Assembly (NCBI GenBank): GCA_973895155.1
Contig: OZ316893.1
Location: forward strand, 15,840,645-15,904,644
Direction of reading: 5' to 3'
Source: Marsupella aquatica
Lineage: Eukaryota > Plantae > Marchantiophyta
DNA: 64,000 bases
The notes under the pieces are model-generated. The model had not been told where the DNA came from, ran no database searches, and saw only the letters and a list, made by a program, of their open reading frames with translations. The position numbers were made by a program, and so were the translations under genes. Positions 47,220-59,084 of this stretch are shown piece after piece (the stretch's first letter is position 1; every line of letters begins with the position of its first letter).

Positions 47220-50200
47220 TCAATGGACGCCCCCAACGCTTCCCCCACAGCTACAGCCACAGCCACTACCTTCGGCTTCGGCATCAGTATCGGCCACGGC
47301 CTCCCCGGCTATGGTTTCCTCGGCTGGCTCTAGTGGTGGGTTTGCTTCCACGGCTTCATCAATAGTTGTCCCGGCCTCGGCCTTGCCATCCCCACCTTCC
47401 TTGACAGGTGGATCCATTGTCGTGACCATGCAGGAGGTTGGTGTTGGGTTTACCTCCTTGGTCACAACGGCTTGAGGAGCCGTAGTACTCCCTGACCCAG
47501 AAGGTTTCTGCTTCTTCTTCTTCTTTGGTTCGGCAGCTGGCCCCTTCCCCTTGCCACTTACCTCCGGCACTGGTGCGAGTGTCTCGGCTTCTCCTTCAGC
47601 CAGTACTACACCAGGTAACTTGGTTGCCCCAATTGGAGTTGGTCCTGAGGAAGCCAAGCACTTAAATACTGCGGCCTGTTTCTTCAGCCGCTCTATTTGG
47701 TTGTCGGCCCGCCGCTGTAAGTTCTCCATCTTCCGCGTGCTTTCCTCCAACTCCTCCTGCAATTCATCCAGATCCTTCCTTGCCTCCTTCAGCTCCTTCT
47801 GGGCTTCCTCCAACTCTTTTTGGGCTTCCTCCAACTCTTTCTTTAAGGTAGCCCTCTCCTCCTGGGTTGCTCTCAGCTCCTTGTCGAGCTCCGCCTCGAC
47901 CTCAGACTCCATTTTATTCATCTTGGCATAAGTCTGGTCGAGCTGGTCATCTTTCTCGCGGAGGTCGGCCTTGAAGCTGGCCGTCATGGATGCAAGCTCC
48001 TGCCGCAGCACGATAATCGCCTAATAGGATTTCCCTAACTAGGCCTCCTTTTGCTCAAGGGCTCCGTGGATATCCTCGAGTTCCCCTTTCAACGCCCTCT
48101 CCCTTCTCTGAGTCTCCACCATGGCCCAATTGTTGGCTGCTATGTGGGCCTCCTCTGCGTCTCTCAGCTCTCGCTTCCACTTCTCCCTATCTTTGACCGC
48201 CTCGGCCAACTCTCCTTGGCTCTGAGTCAGTTTATCCTTGATAATCTGATCATCAGACTGCGCGGTATCCAACTGCCCCTGCATGATGTTTAGCTCATGC
48301 CGTTTAATCCGTAGCTCATCTTGGGCTTTCTTGGACACCTTCAGGTCTTTTACCTCGGCTTCCCTCTCCCTAAGCCGTCGGATGACCTCGTCCTTCTTGC
48401 TTCTCTCCAAAGCCACCGCTTCTTCTAATTGGTGCTTCTCCAATATCTCCCTTTGGAAAAAGGGTCCCTGCTCCAACTCCTCCCCAAAGATGCTGAGCGC
48501 AAGTTCCCCACACATCTCCCCGTACTCCATGGCTCTATCTTTAGCATAGGTGGAGTAAGAAGAAGTCATCGGCATCAACCACCTCGGCCTCTGTTCCCAA
48601 GCCGCCTTGCGGATTTCTTCTATGGTGGCAAGAGGGTTGCTTCTTTTTTGGCAAGCCGCCTGATGTCCTCCGGCCAATCTCCTCCTGGTAAATCTTTCTC
48701 CCTAGCCAGGGCTGCCTTCTCTTCCTCTCTGAGTCGCTCCTGAAACTCCTGTGCCGTCTGTCTTATGCCGTCAAAACTCGAGGGAGCGACATCTGGTGGG
48801 GGGGACTTGGGGCTGTTCTGTTGGGTGGGGTCCCCTCGAATTACTCTTGGAAGAGTGGGGATGAACCTGCCACAGGTCCTTATTCCTGGAACATGATGAT
48901 CCGACCCATAGCCGGAGTTATCATTGCTGTAGTCCTCCACCGCCTCCTCCACTGCTTGGACTCCCAGCTTCCCCCTCTGTTCTCCTGGTCCTGCCGTGAA
49001 CACAACCCCACAAATCACGGGTTCTGGATCCTTCGGCTTCCACGTTGATCTCATTTTCTCCCTGTCGTGACCAGGGGCCTTGGGCTGCTTCTCCTCAACT
49101 TCCGGACTTGAAGCTCCTACATACATTCGGACTCTCGGCTCGTGTTCCGGCCTCCTTCTCTCCTTGGCCCCAGTAAAGGGGTTTTCCCTGGTAAGTTGGC
49201 TAAGGCCGACTTTGGAAGCAGTATTCTGTGCTGGCCCCGTTGCCGTTGCCGTTCTTCTTTCCTTCTCCAGCAATTTCAGCAGATTTTGTATGCCTGGTTG
49301 CTGCATCGGCAAGTCCTCCTTCCTCGGCCTAAACACCTGCTCGATTGTAGGACTGTCGGGCTAGGTCGATTTCTCTGTTGTCGGCCTCGGTTCCGGAACT
49401 TCCTCTGGTGCCCTTGCCTGCAGGGGCAGTATCGGGGCAAATATCTGGCTTCGGGCATACCGGCACAACAGCGGCATGTGATAACCAAGTCGGGACACGC
49501 TTCCCATGCCGATCACTAGCTGTTCCTCCTTCAAGATCTTCTTCAGTTGGTTGAGGAGGTACCCGTTGTAGTCCCGACTTGGGTCTGGCCTCTCTGCTAG
49601 GTAGACCTGTGCCTTGCCAATCTCTGCCCTCGGCAAGTTGCAATTCATGGTCACCCGCAAGAAATTGATCATCTCTCCGATGTGCGGGTTGGTGCAGGTG
49701 TTCCGGAAGAAACCATTCTTCGTTGATGGCCCTAGAAACGACCGGAACTCCTTGTTTGGCAAGGTCTTCTTGGTCTCTACCTTGGTCTTATTGCCCATCG
49801 GCAAGCCAAACACTTTGGCAATCACCCGGGGAGTGAGATAGAAATCCTTCCCATACACCCTTGTGGAATTGGTCTCGGGCTCCCATGATCCCACAAATTC
49901 TAATAAGTCTAAATCCGGCACCTCCGGCTTCAGCCATGGTAATTTTAGGAAGGCTTCCAAGCCGGATCCGGCCATGAAGCCCTGGTACTTCTTGGTCTGC
50001 ATGGCCGTAAAGCATGCATCCTCCTCCAGTGCAAAATGCAGTTGCACCTCTTCTGGTAGGGTCGCCGCCCAGCCTTTCCAGGTGTCATCCTTTGTTGGAA
50101 TGGCATTGATGGGATTGACCTCCTCCTCTTTGGCTTCCACCTGCCTCCTGCTTCCCTGCTCTGCTGGCTTCCTTAGTGCCGCCGACCTCGTTCTTTTTGT

Positions 50201-50410
50201 CAGGGTGGCCTCTTCGTTGTTGTTTCCTTTCCTCTTCATCTCGGCTGCAGTGGATGTTTCTCCTAGCACGGTTGCCTTTGTCCACCCCTTCGTGCTACCC
50301 TTCAACTCCCAGTGTATGTCGTTGCAGCGGTTGATGGCTTCCCGAATGCCGACAATCCTGTTTTCGCAAAACATAAGGTCGTCAAGCTGATTGGCAGTAG
50401 GAGTCCACAA
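47220..50410 (-). pseudogene. PMD-like plus long coiled-coil protein, frameshifted
   Basis: GLEAFLKLPW..LLEFVGSWEPETNSTRVYGKDFYLTPRVIAKVFGLPMG resembles the PMD W.PET...G....T...A..GLP core. Downstream ORFs are heptad-rich (KELEEAQ repeats). It is homologous to 2547-5030. Confidence 0.65.
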
Positions 50411-50973
50411 GAACTCGGCCTTGATGAATTCTCCTCCTAAGAAGGCAGATTTTTGCAGCTCCCACAGTCGAGCTAGCTCCTGCCGTTCTCAAGCTGCTCT
50501 CTCCGATTCTTCGTCCTCGTAAGTCCCAATGTACACAGTTGCCCGTTTGAACAGGCATCCCCAAAAATGTGCCACTTGATTGACGTTGCTCATACCCTCC
50601 TTGAGTTGTTCGTTGGTATCTGCTCCCGCCCAGAGTGTTTGTCTAAGCAGCTGACAGTAGTTGGCCTCCCGTAGTCATCTGCCCAGTTCGTGCTTGCAAA
50701 TGAGCCACCATTCCTCACGAGCTGTCCTTACCCCTCTCCTCCTCTGGTCTTTCCTACCGTTGGTTACCCCTAGCCGCCGACACTTAGTGCGACCTAACCC
50801 TAATCGTATTCTCTCCCCCGGCGTCCTTACTTCCGGCCTTGGCCCGGGTTCCATAGTCACCCTTAATTGTTTATATTTTCCTCATTCTTGTAACTATACT
50901 AAGGTGTTTCTAGGGTACACTTCCATTTTCCCACTTAACCGGCCTAGTGATTCCTCGTTAGGCATCACACATT

Positions 50974-53900
50974 CAAAAACCAGTAGCATCCGATCTCCCA
51001 TCTTCATCCAAACCCTTTGTTGATGTTGTCTTGCTTTCAGATAGCAACGATGATGGACCTTCTGGTTTGCCTGAGTCTAGTCCTAAACCCCCTCACATAG
51101 TTGTTAAACAGGAGGTTACCATTGTTTTTCCCAAAAATTCCATTGTGTATCGAATAAGTGCAATGGATACCATTCTCAAGTCAACTGGTTCTAGTGAAAT
51201 CTCAAGGTTCATCGCGGTTGGGGACTTTTGCCATGAGCAAGTCGACTATTTGCCAAAGAAATACAATGGAAATATTGTATTCAAGTTGCCTCTTGCGACG
51301 GGAGCTCTTTCGAAGGGGTCACGCCTACACAACATGGACCGGTCAAAGGATTGCTACATCTAAACCAAAATATTTCCTACATCAGCTAATGTCCATCCCA
51401 AGAAATATTGGGAATTTGGTAAAGTAACGTGCACTGGTTTCATTGAGTGTAGGAATAATACTTGCGACTATTTTTGACGGAAGAAAAGGAGGAACCAAAA
51501 GGCCTGGGCTGGAACCCCCAAACTGGGCGGGCAACATCGTGTTGGTTTTTTCATTGACAAAGGTGGAGTAGTTTGCCACCTTTGTGATCAAGTTCCGTTT
51601 TGTGTGGAATCCTGTCCAACATGTTTATTTTACATGTACCCTCAGGTTCTAGTTGACTCAAAAACCATTACTCATATGTCACGCTTGGCAATTCATATGG
51701 GGATCCACAACCATCCTTCAAGAAAGGTGTTTTCTAGGAGCCCAGAGAAGATTGTTGAGGAGGTTATCAAAAAGAAATTGGAAGGAAATCCAATTTTCAC
51801 CCCGGCTGGTGTAAAAAATGTTGCGATAGGGTCCTTTGTAAAGTCCTTGTGTGAAAGTATGGAAGATATTCAAGATATTGAAGAAACAGAGATATTTCAA
51901 TCGCTCAAGGTAGTTTCCACACCCTAGAAATTTGCGTCCCTTTTTTGTAGTGTTAGACAGGACCTGAAAGGTCGAGGTGAACTAGATTTTCTTGTTCGGT
52001 ATCAAAGAAATATCAACATGCCTTTCCTCCAAAGGTACCTCCTACCAGGTCAAGGATCTCAAGGAGACCGTCCTCACATATTCAAGATGACTTCGATCGG
52101 CCATGGATCAGGCGTCAATCTTTTGAGACAAATGCAACCTGGTGGGAGTCTGGAAGGTGTTTGGGTAAGTTTTGATGTGATGAAACGACTCACAAAAGAC
52201 TGGGTTACTTTTAGTGCGCATATCTACGATCACAACTATTGCACTCTGTGTACCTTATTCACCTGCAAACTAAAAGCAGAGGATACCGAGTCATTCGAGA
52301 AGGCTTCCAGGAGACTAATGATTGAGGTGTCCAAGGAGAATGGATTAGAAAATCCGATCATTCATGGATTCATGACGGACAATGCTCAAGCTGGATGGCT
52401 GGCAATCCAAAATGTCTTTTTTGGAGGGCATCCAAACCCAGAGCATGAGCAAACTGACGCATTCCATTTCTACCAAGCCTTCCATCACCATTCAGTTGAA
52501 AGAGTCATTGAAGAGAGTCAAGCAGAGCATCGCAGGCTTTGGGATAAGATGCAAAATGCCCCCACGTTTGTAGAGGCTTACAGACTTTCAAGGGAGATTG
52601 ATTTGTGGTGGCAATTGGATAACTGTGTCCCCGAGAAGCTCCGGATGCTTTAGAGTTGGATTTCATGGTGGGTCGTCAGGTGAAGACAATGGGGAAATTT
52701 TATTCGTTTGGTAAGTTGTTTTATTTTCCTTTCCGTTCTTTAAGTATTGCTCTGCTATATTCTCATTACAAAATGATTATATCGATAGTGTAAACTTCAA
52801 ATATTACAATACCATATAGCATCCTTTAATACTAGCGCTTGGCGCTATTATTTATTCGAATTGTCAGATGACACAATAGGACACAATAAGTTGTCCCTTA
52901 ATCTACATTGCCAGTTTTTACTTCTAGGTACCGACTCCACTTCTCTAGCGCCTGACACTAGTGTTTTCTTGTTGCGTAACAGACAATTTATTCTATGTAA
53001 TTGCAGAACAAGAGTGTCAAAGAAGGGGCTAAGATTCCTAATTTTACAGGATCAGAGTCCGTGCACGCAGGTATGAAAGCATGGGTAATGAAGAAAAAGG
53101 TTGGGCTCTTTGAGGCATATGAAATGGACCAAAATTGAGCTATTTCTCAGGTTGCTGCTTACACTACGTATCGGAAAGGGTTGAATAGAGGAAAAGGTCC
53201 AACGATTTGGGAATTGGCTTTCCGATCAGCGGACCAGGCAGGCTCCCCCAAGTTGTTTGAAGATGCAATGAATATATGCTATTGTCCAACGCTGTCGAGT
53301 TTGACTTGGAGAGATGGGCACCTCTCAATGGAGACGTTGTCACCAAATCTTTGAAGAGGAAAGGACATGCATCTGGGAATATCTCGCCACAAGACTCCCA
53401 TAGGCATGATAAAATCCTTGTCACCTCGCCAAATACTAGATCAATGAAAAGGAAGAATCTTAATCGCACGACGTTTGATGCTATCCCTGGCCCCACGCCT
53501 CAAGTTATTCCTGTTGTTAATCTGTTTGGAAGTGACATTTCGGGCGGTGGAGAAGATGTTGAATTCAATACCCCTCCTGCTCGAGACCAAACGCGTTCAA
53601 CAAGGCTTCCCCAGACTGCTCCCTCAATGCTTCAGCAACCGTTACAAGAGTGTCCTATCTGCGAGACCGAGGTTGCTCCAGCTGCATGGCAATTACGTCA
53701 AACCTCAAAATTTGGCGTTGGTCCTCAGTGCAACGGATCATTTTCCCATAATTCTGAAAGAGACGAGTGTCGCAATCGTGTGAAAAAAGTAGGATTTCCC
53801 TCACCAAATGGTGTTATCGGCATTGTTGTCAAAGGACAACGCATTTTCAGGGGGGAACCCATAACCGAAATGATTTGGTTTTGCCCAAACAATACATGTT

Positions 53901-54535
53901 ACAGAAGCCGCCCGCGTCGAGGTGTATTGAACCTGCCCCCTTTCCCTGATGTTCTTCCCGTTTTAAAAGGCACAAATGTTTTGAAAGACGAGATGCATTA
54001 TCTTCTTGAGAACGGAATCTCCCTAGTCCATGGAAATGAACGTACTACTGGACTCCCGTCAGATTTTGATCTTCAAATCAATGTCAATATCTTTCCAAAA
54101 AATGTGAATCTTCTCGAACCCAATGTTTGTCTCCGAAGCCGGAATGGGAGGAATACGGTTCCTCGGTCAACTCTTACCCAGGGTCACATGAACAGAATTG
54201 CGTCTGCAACAAAAGAGACGATGTCCATTCAGGGAGAGTGGGATGTCACGATTGGGAATGCATGGGGAAAGCAATTTAAGGTGCAAACGCACAAAAATAC
54301 GTGGACGCCAAATTGTTATTTTGTTCTAATTTGCATTTTCCCAACTTGCTCTTGTGAGGATTTCTACCGGCGACATTCTCGGAAACATCCATATATGCCT
54401 TGTAAACATTTGTATTGGATTTTCCTTACCGTTTTCAAACTAGATGTTGAGGAATCTACATTGACCAGCCAACCAATTCTCATTGTTGGAGAGGTTCGGC
54501 TCATATTAGAGAGGCAAAATGCTCATGGTTTATAG
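50974..54535 (+). pseudogene. MULE-family transposase paralogue B (GCM-like zinc domain, DDE core, SWIM finger)
   Basis: Motifs: CTGFIECRNNTC..CHLC..CP..HMGIHNHP; WVSFDVMKR (D1); FMTDNAQA (D2); AFHF; after the intron 52711-53006, SESVHAGMK (E); and the SWIM finger PTCSCEDF..PCKHLYWIF. There are several stops. Confidence 0.85.
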
Positions 54536-55134
54536 TTTGAATCATGATGATCTAGGTTGTCCTATTGGTCCAAATGGTTATATTGATTTTGTCATATGTC
54601 AACGGTATAGTGTTATGTATGTCGCGTCATGTTTTTGTTAGTGCTAGGCACTGATAATTTTGTCATTTAGGGTACACCATTAGTTATCATCATGTTGTGC
54701 TTGATTTGTCAACTCCAACAATTTGTTTCATTAAATACCGGTAAGCTAGCGCCAGGCGCTAGTCAAGATGTTGTTCGCTTTTATTTTGGACCATATAATA
54801 CGATAAAGTTTTGTGCTACGTTCATTTTGTTTTATTTTCATATATTTTGTTACCGATTGTGGTGGGACCTACCATTTTTGTGTGCATTCCTTGACATTTT
54901 TATGTATACACCCCTTCTCTATTTTGGGATATGAGAATCAATTATTATGTGGTTCAACGATTCATGACAAAATATCCTCCATACCCGCAATGGACTAATT
55001 CCAAATTTTACAATTCTAAACTCCTAATAGTGTGTTCTTTCCCCTGGTACAAGCTATTTTTTCCTGGTAACAGCATATTGGAAACAGGAAAAGTATTTCC
55101 TGTTTGCCTGTTTCCTGTCTCGGTCGCTATACCC

Positions 55135-55680
55135 ACTGACTGTATGAACGATGTCCCTTAAGTCTTTGATGAAAATGAAGTACTCGACGCCAAATTTGAG
55201 ATGCCAAAAGATTTCTTCGCTTCAGATCTGACACTCATAATATGTTTTCTCCTCATATCAAATCTTCCACATAGGTAATTCTCACTAATACGCTTGTACG
55301 TGTCGGAGAATCATCACAACATCACCCATTTTTGGACACGTTATTCAAATAATGCAAGACATTCTAGCTCCAGAGAGAGAACCTACTATTTTACCACATG
55401 AGATGTGGTAAAATAAATGGGGATTCAATCACTGTTTGAGTATTTAATATTAATCTATGTCCCAAACGTAAAGAGCCAACGAGAGGCTGAGCTACGTTAG
55501 CCAATGACAGTAGCGTCTCGCGCTATTATTAAAGTCTTCCATTTTCATTGATATTTGAGTCTATCATAATAATAAATAGCGTCAAGCGCTACTCTTGACT
55601 TGATATAAATTTCCCAGACTAACGGTCCCTTTTAACGGTTTCTTTGTCTATTCAACTATCAAATTTATGACCTTTTTGGG
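55135..55680. mobile_element. Remnant of a related motif-bearing element beyond the MULE right end
   Basis: Two palindrome variants (55511, 55577) lie in AT-rich DNA resembling 12300-12450. Confidence 0.4.
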
Positions 55681-57457
55681 AGAGGCTAAACGGAGCTTAG
55701 AGGAAAGGCGGAGCTAAGAGGCAAGGAGTAACTTTCGGCTAGGTGGAAGTGTTGGGCAGCTGGGCGGATTCATCTGGGTGGCTTGTTGCTGGTGGACAAT
55801 TTGCAGTTGCCGGTAGTAGAGCTGGTTCATGAGTGTTTTTATGAAGGATTTGGTTATCGGTGGTCTTAATTTGTGTTAGGGATGCAAGATAGCTAGGAGG
55901 CAATATCTACTATGTAGATGTGTTGCTGCATTTGTGGGGGATTGGCGCAAGGGGTGATGCTACGATTGGAGATAGTGGCTTGACGAGATTGAGAGGAGAC
56001 ATAACCGGAAGTAGATTCAGGACAAGGGACAAAGAAGAGCAAGTTCAGAGAGAGCAATGGATTTTTCTGATGCGGCACAGTGGATTGACACTGCAAGTGA
56101 AGAGGAGTCAAAGACGACACTAACAAGAGTTGAGCCTACACAATCAGGCTGAGAGCTTAATAGCATTCACCAAGAGATCCTATCTAGAAGCGGTACAAGA
56201 AATAAGCTAAAGAAAGAGTAGTAAACCAGATTAAGCTCAGGTTTGTTCTGCGCTAGACTGGTCCAAAGGTTGTCCATCCTCCCGAGTGGGTCCTAGATGT
56301 GTTATTTAGTCATTATGAGTAGCTCACAAGGGCTGTAACCACCTGATAAAGAAGGAGAGTCCGTCAAACGCAAGCAAGCCAGGTGAGCCCAATTCTCTTT
56401 TACCCCTTTTTGAGATAAAAAGACAGTCAAATTCAAGTAAGCATCATGGATTTAATTTGTTGGAGTCCAAGGGGGGAAAGAGTTATGGCTGAACAATATT
56501 ATGTTGATAGAGACAATCACGTGCCATAGGGAGTCTTAGAATTGTATAGCAGGCAGGATTCTCATAGCATGCCTTTTCGGGGAGGTGGCCGTTATGCGCA
56601 CACAAATTCCTATAGGCGTCCACCATTCATTCCGCAACGACCACGGTATGATATCTTTGAGCAGTCAAATTAGCCACTGGAAGCATTTGCAGTCAGGAGC
56701 ACGGATAGCAGGCAAGTCAAAATGAAGGGGGTTATAGAACTGATGTGAACAGGACACAACTTACCACAACCGGAGAAGAGTCTACAAGTAGTTGAATTGG
56801 CACCGGATTATGTACCAATAGCAAGAGCCCAGACCCCACCCATGGATTGTCCTCCAGAGAATATGCACGCCAGGACCTCTATCGGGAAGAATGCGGCATA
56901 TGGTCAAGGGATGGCAATGGAAGTAGTGATAGAAGATTGCATTAATTGGGGAGGTGTCAAAAGGGGAATGGAGTACGAAACTGTTTGCTACAATAGAATG
57001 GACATTGGAGGAAGCTGCTAGCAATGTCCAACAACTTTACAACTGTGCCATGCTCTGTTATTTTACCGATAGAGCTCCAATGCTGCCAGTGTTTTGAGCC
57101 TGGGTAGAAGAAATGATGGTTTACGGAAGGAATTGGCCTGTGCTGCAGGTGAGGTTTGTGGGAAAAAACTTCTACCTAATGGTCTTTGAAAATGCTGATC
57201 ATAGTGATTTAGCCCTTTTGGTGGCGCCTTGGTATGTGGAATGCAAACTAGTGTTCACCTTCCCGTGGGAACCATCCTTTGACATTTGAACGGAGAGATA
57301 TACAAAGTTACTGGTATGGATCGAGCTGCCCTTTTGAGCTCTATTATTAGAAGGATATCGGATCAAGGTTGCTAAATCATTGGGGAAATTACTTCACTAT
57401 ATTCAAGGGGATGAGTATAGCTCATATCCACATGATAGAGCATGATTGTATCCTATG

Positions 57458-57923
57458 TGTCGTGCGCATACACATCGCTACACAACATACATCGCTTGTC
57501 ACATACATCCAGACATAGTCACACTGCCACATCACAAACACAAGAGAATGGAATACAAGTGAAACTCATGTCCACACGTGTCCAAAACCCACTATAATCT
57601 CAATACAATTGGCACAATGATCCCAATCAACAATACCCATCAATCCCGCACCGATCTGATCACACACGTATGTCAAGCCAACACACCTTACACTACTCAA
57701 GGAATCCATGTTACACAAGCGGAGCTCACAGCCACCATAGCCACACTCAAGCTCCTCTCTCTCCAAGGCTCAACATTGAAAGATAACCTTTCAATGCCTC
57801 ACAAGAGAGAACTACCCTCTCACACAAACCTAACGGAACCTTATCAGCTCATATAGCACACATACCAAACATACAGATCTAGATAGTATGATACACTCTA
57901 ACACTACCTAGAATGGTGTAACA
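57458..57923. mobile_element. 466-bp solo LTR inserted in LINE ORF1
   Basis: Junctions are TATG|TGTCGTGC...GGTGTAACA|TATG, a 4-bp TSD. Removal rejoins CIL/WDTE. Confidence 0.75.
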
Positions 57924-58733
57924 TATGGGACACGGAGCAAGAAGTCCCTCTCAGTGCGCGTGTAATGATCTGTGAGGATATAATCATTTGGCAGCCAATA
58001 CAATTGAATAATATACCATTTCACTGTTTCAAGTGTAACAAGAAGGTTCATGTGGCCTGCAATTGTAGAGAAGGTATGGTTGAGGCTGCAGCCCTAGAGG
58101 TCGAGCCATCTGGTGATGAGGACGATGTGCTGTCCCCTGACAAAAAAGATGAAGAGGCAGAAGGCAATCCAGAAGAGGTTTTACAGACTCAATTGGCAAT
58201 GATTTTGCGTGCAAGGAATCAGGTTTGGCTCCCCTGGAGGAGGGGCTGGCGGCGGCGATGGATACCACCATGACAGTAGATGTCCAAGGACAAGCTAACA
58301 AGGAATCAATTCAAGGAGCGGAAGGCTCTGGCAAAGACAGACATCAAAGAAGGGATGAGTCAAATAGAGTGGATTCAGAGCTTAACCGCAAAGTAGTGTT
58401 GTCCAATCCCCTAGAAAGGAGAGAGGACCTGCCCTCCCCGCCCTCATTGCTAGTAGCAGCTGTACTGGATACAACTATGAATAGAGTGCAGGGATCCAAA
58501 AAGAATTCGTTGAAGACCACATCAGTGAGATCGGGCTCACCCTATAAGCGAGAAGATCCGAAGGCTTTCTCATATCATGGAGATTCAAAAGCAAATGTAG
58601 ATATGTCAGAATATGAAGCTTACGTGTCCAAAAAAGAAAAAGAAAGAGCTCATAAGATTGATAGCAAGACACCTCCACTTGCAAAGAAAGAAAGAGGAAT
58701 ACAAGAGGCCAAAAAGCAACGCTCACTCCAATT

Positions 58734-59084
58734 GAGGTGTTTACAAAAGACAGCAAAATAGGAAACAGGAGTTACTAACAAAAACTGGTAACAAGAAAAA
58801 AACTGGTAATAGGAAAATGGGTGGAAAATGTTTTTGAAATTTTTCTTTGAAATTTTTTTTTTGGTCGACCAGTGTTTTTTTCTAGCGCCCGACGCTGCTA
58901 ATAGTAGTGCCCAAAGCTAGCAAAAAATGTTGCATTGTTAATTTTGTTTGAAAATGACATGTTTTAGGAGACATTTTTAAATTGTCATTTTTCCTAGTAA
59001 TAGTGATTTTTTCCTAGTAACAACATATTAAAAACAGGAAAAAAAATTCTTGTTTACCTGTTTCCTATCTCCGTCGCTATACCC
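58734..59084 (+). mobile_element. 351-bp non-autonomous derivative of the motif-bearing MULE family
   Basis: The 8-bp TSD CTCCAATT lies at 58726-58733 and 59085-59092. The last ~80 bp match 55050-55134, and two palindrome variants are inside. Confidence 0.85.

Larger units (their letters stand above)
12915..50969 (-). mobile_element. About 4.9-kb T(A/G)...CA element (12915-12969 plus 46149-50969) with 4-bp TSD CATT, related to 1656-7261; split by the Gypsy insertion
   Basis: Junctions are CATT|TATTGTGTC at 12911-12923 and GGCATCACA|CATT at 50961-50973. Removing it restores the frame HNNNN/IQKPVASDLPSSSKPFVDVVLLSDS into the MULE transposase. It shares TTAGGTAT...TTCCGCCGCCGGAA (about 46512 vs 1810) and a homologous ORF with 1656-7261. 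Confidence 0.65.
1..55134. mobile_element. Large non-TIR Mutator-like region (outermost host of the nested insertions); left end outside window
   Basis: The right terminus ...CCTGTTTCCTGTCTCGGTCGCTATACCC ends at 55134 and matches the end of the TSD-bounded derivative at 58734-59084. MULE transposases lie at both ends, and the TAGCGCCWGGCGCTA motif runs through 1035-12816 and 52833-54761. No internal terminus was seen, but two nested family members cannot be excluded. Confidence 0.6.
1035..58919. repeat. Dispersed 15-bp palindrome TAGCGCCWGGCGCTA (about 22 copies)
   Basis: Perfect copies start at 1453, 9833, 12738, 12802 and 54747. Variants start at 1035, 1087, 1147, 7690, 7835, 8980, 9762, 11249, 12417, 12571, 12674, 52833, 52946, 54639, 55511, 55577, 58883 and 58905. 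None was seen inside the Gypsy, CACTA or Copia insertions. Confidence 0.9.
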
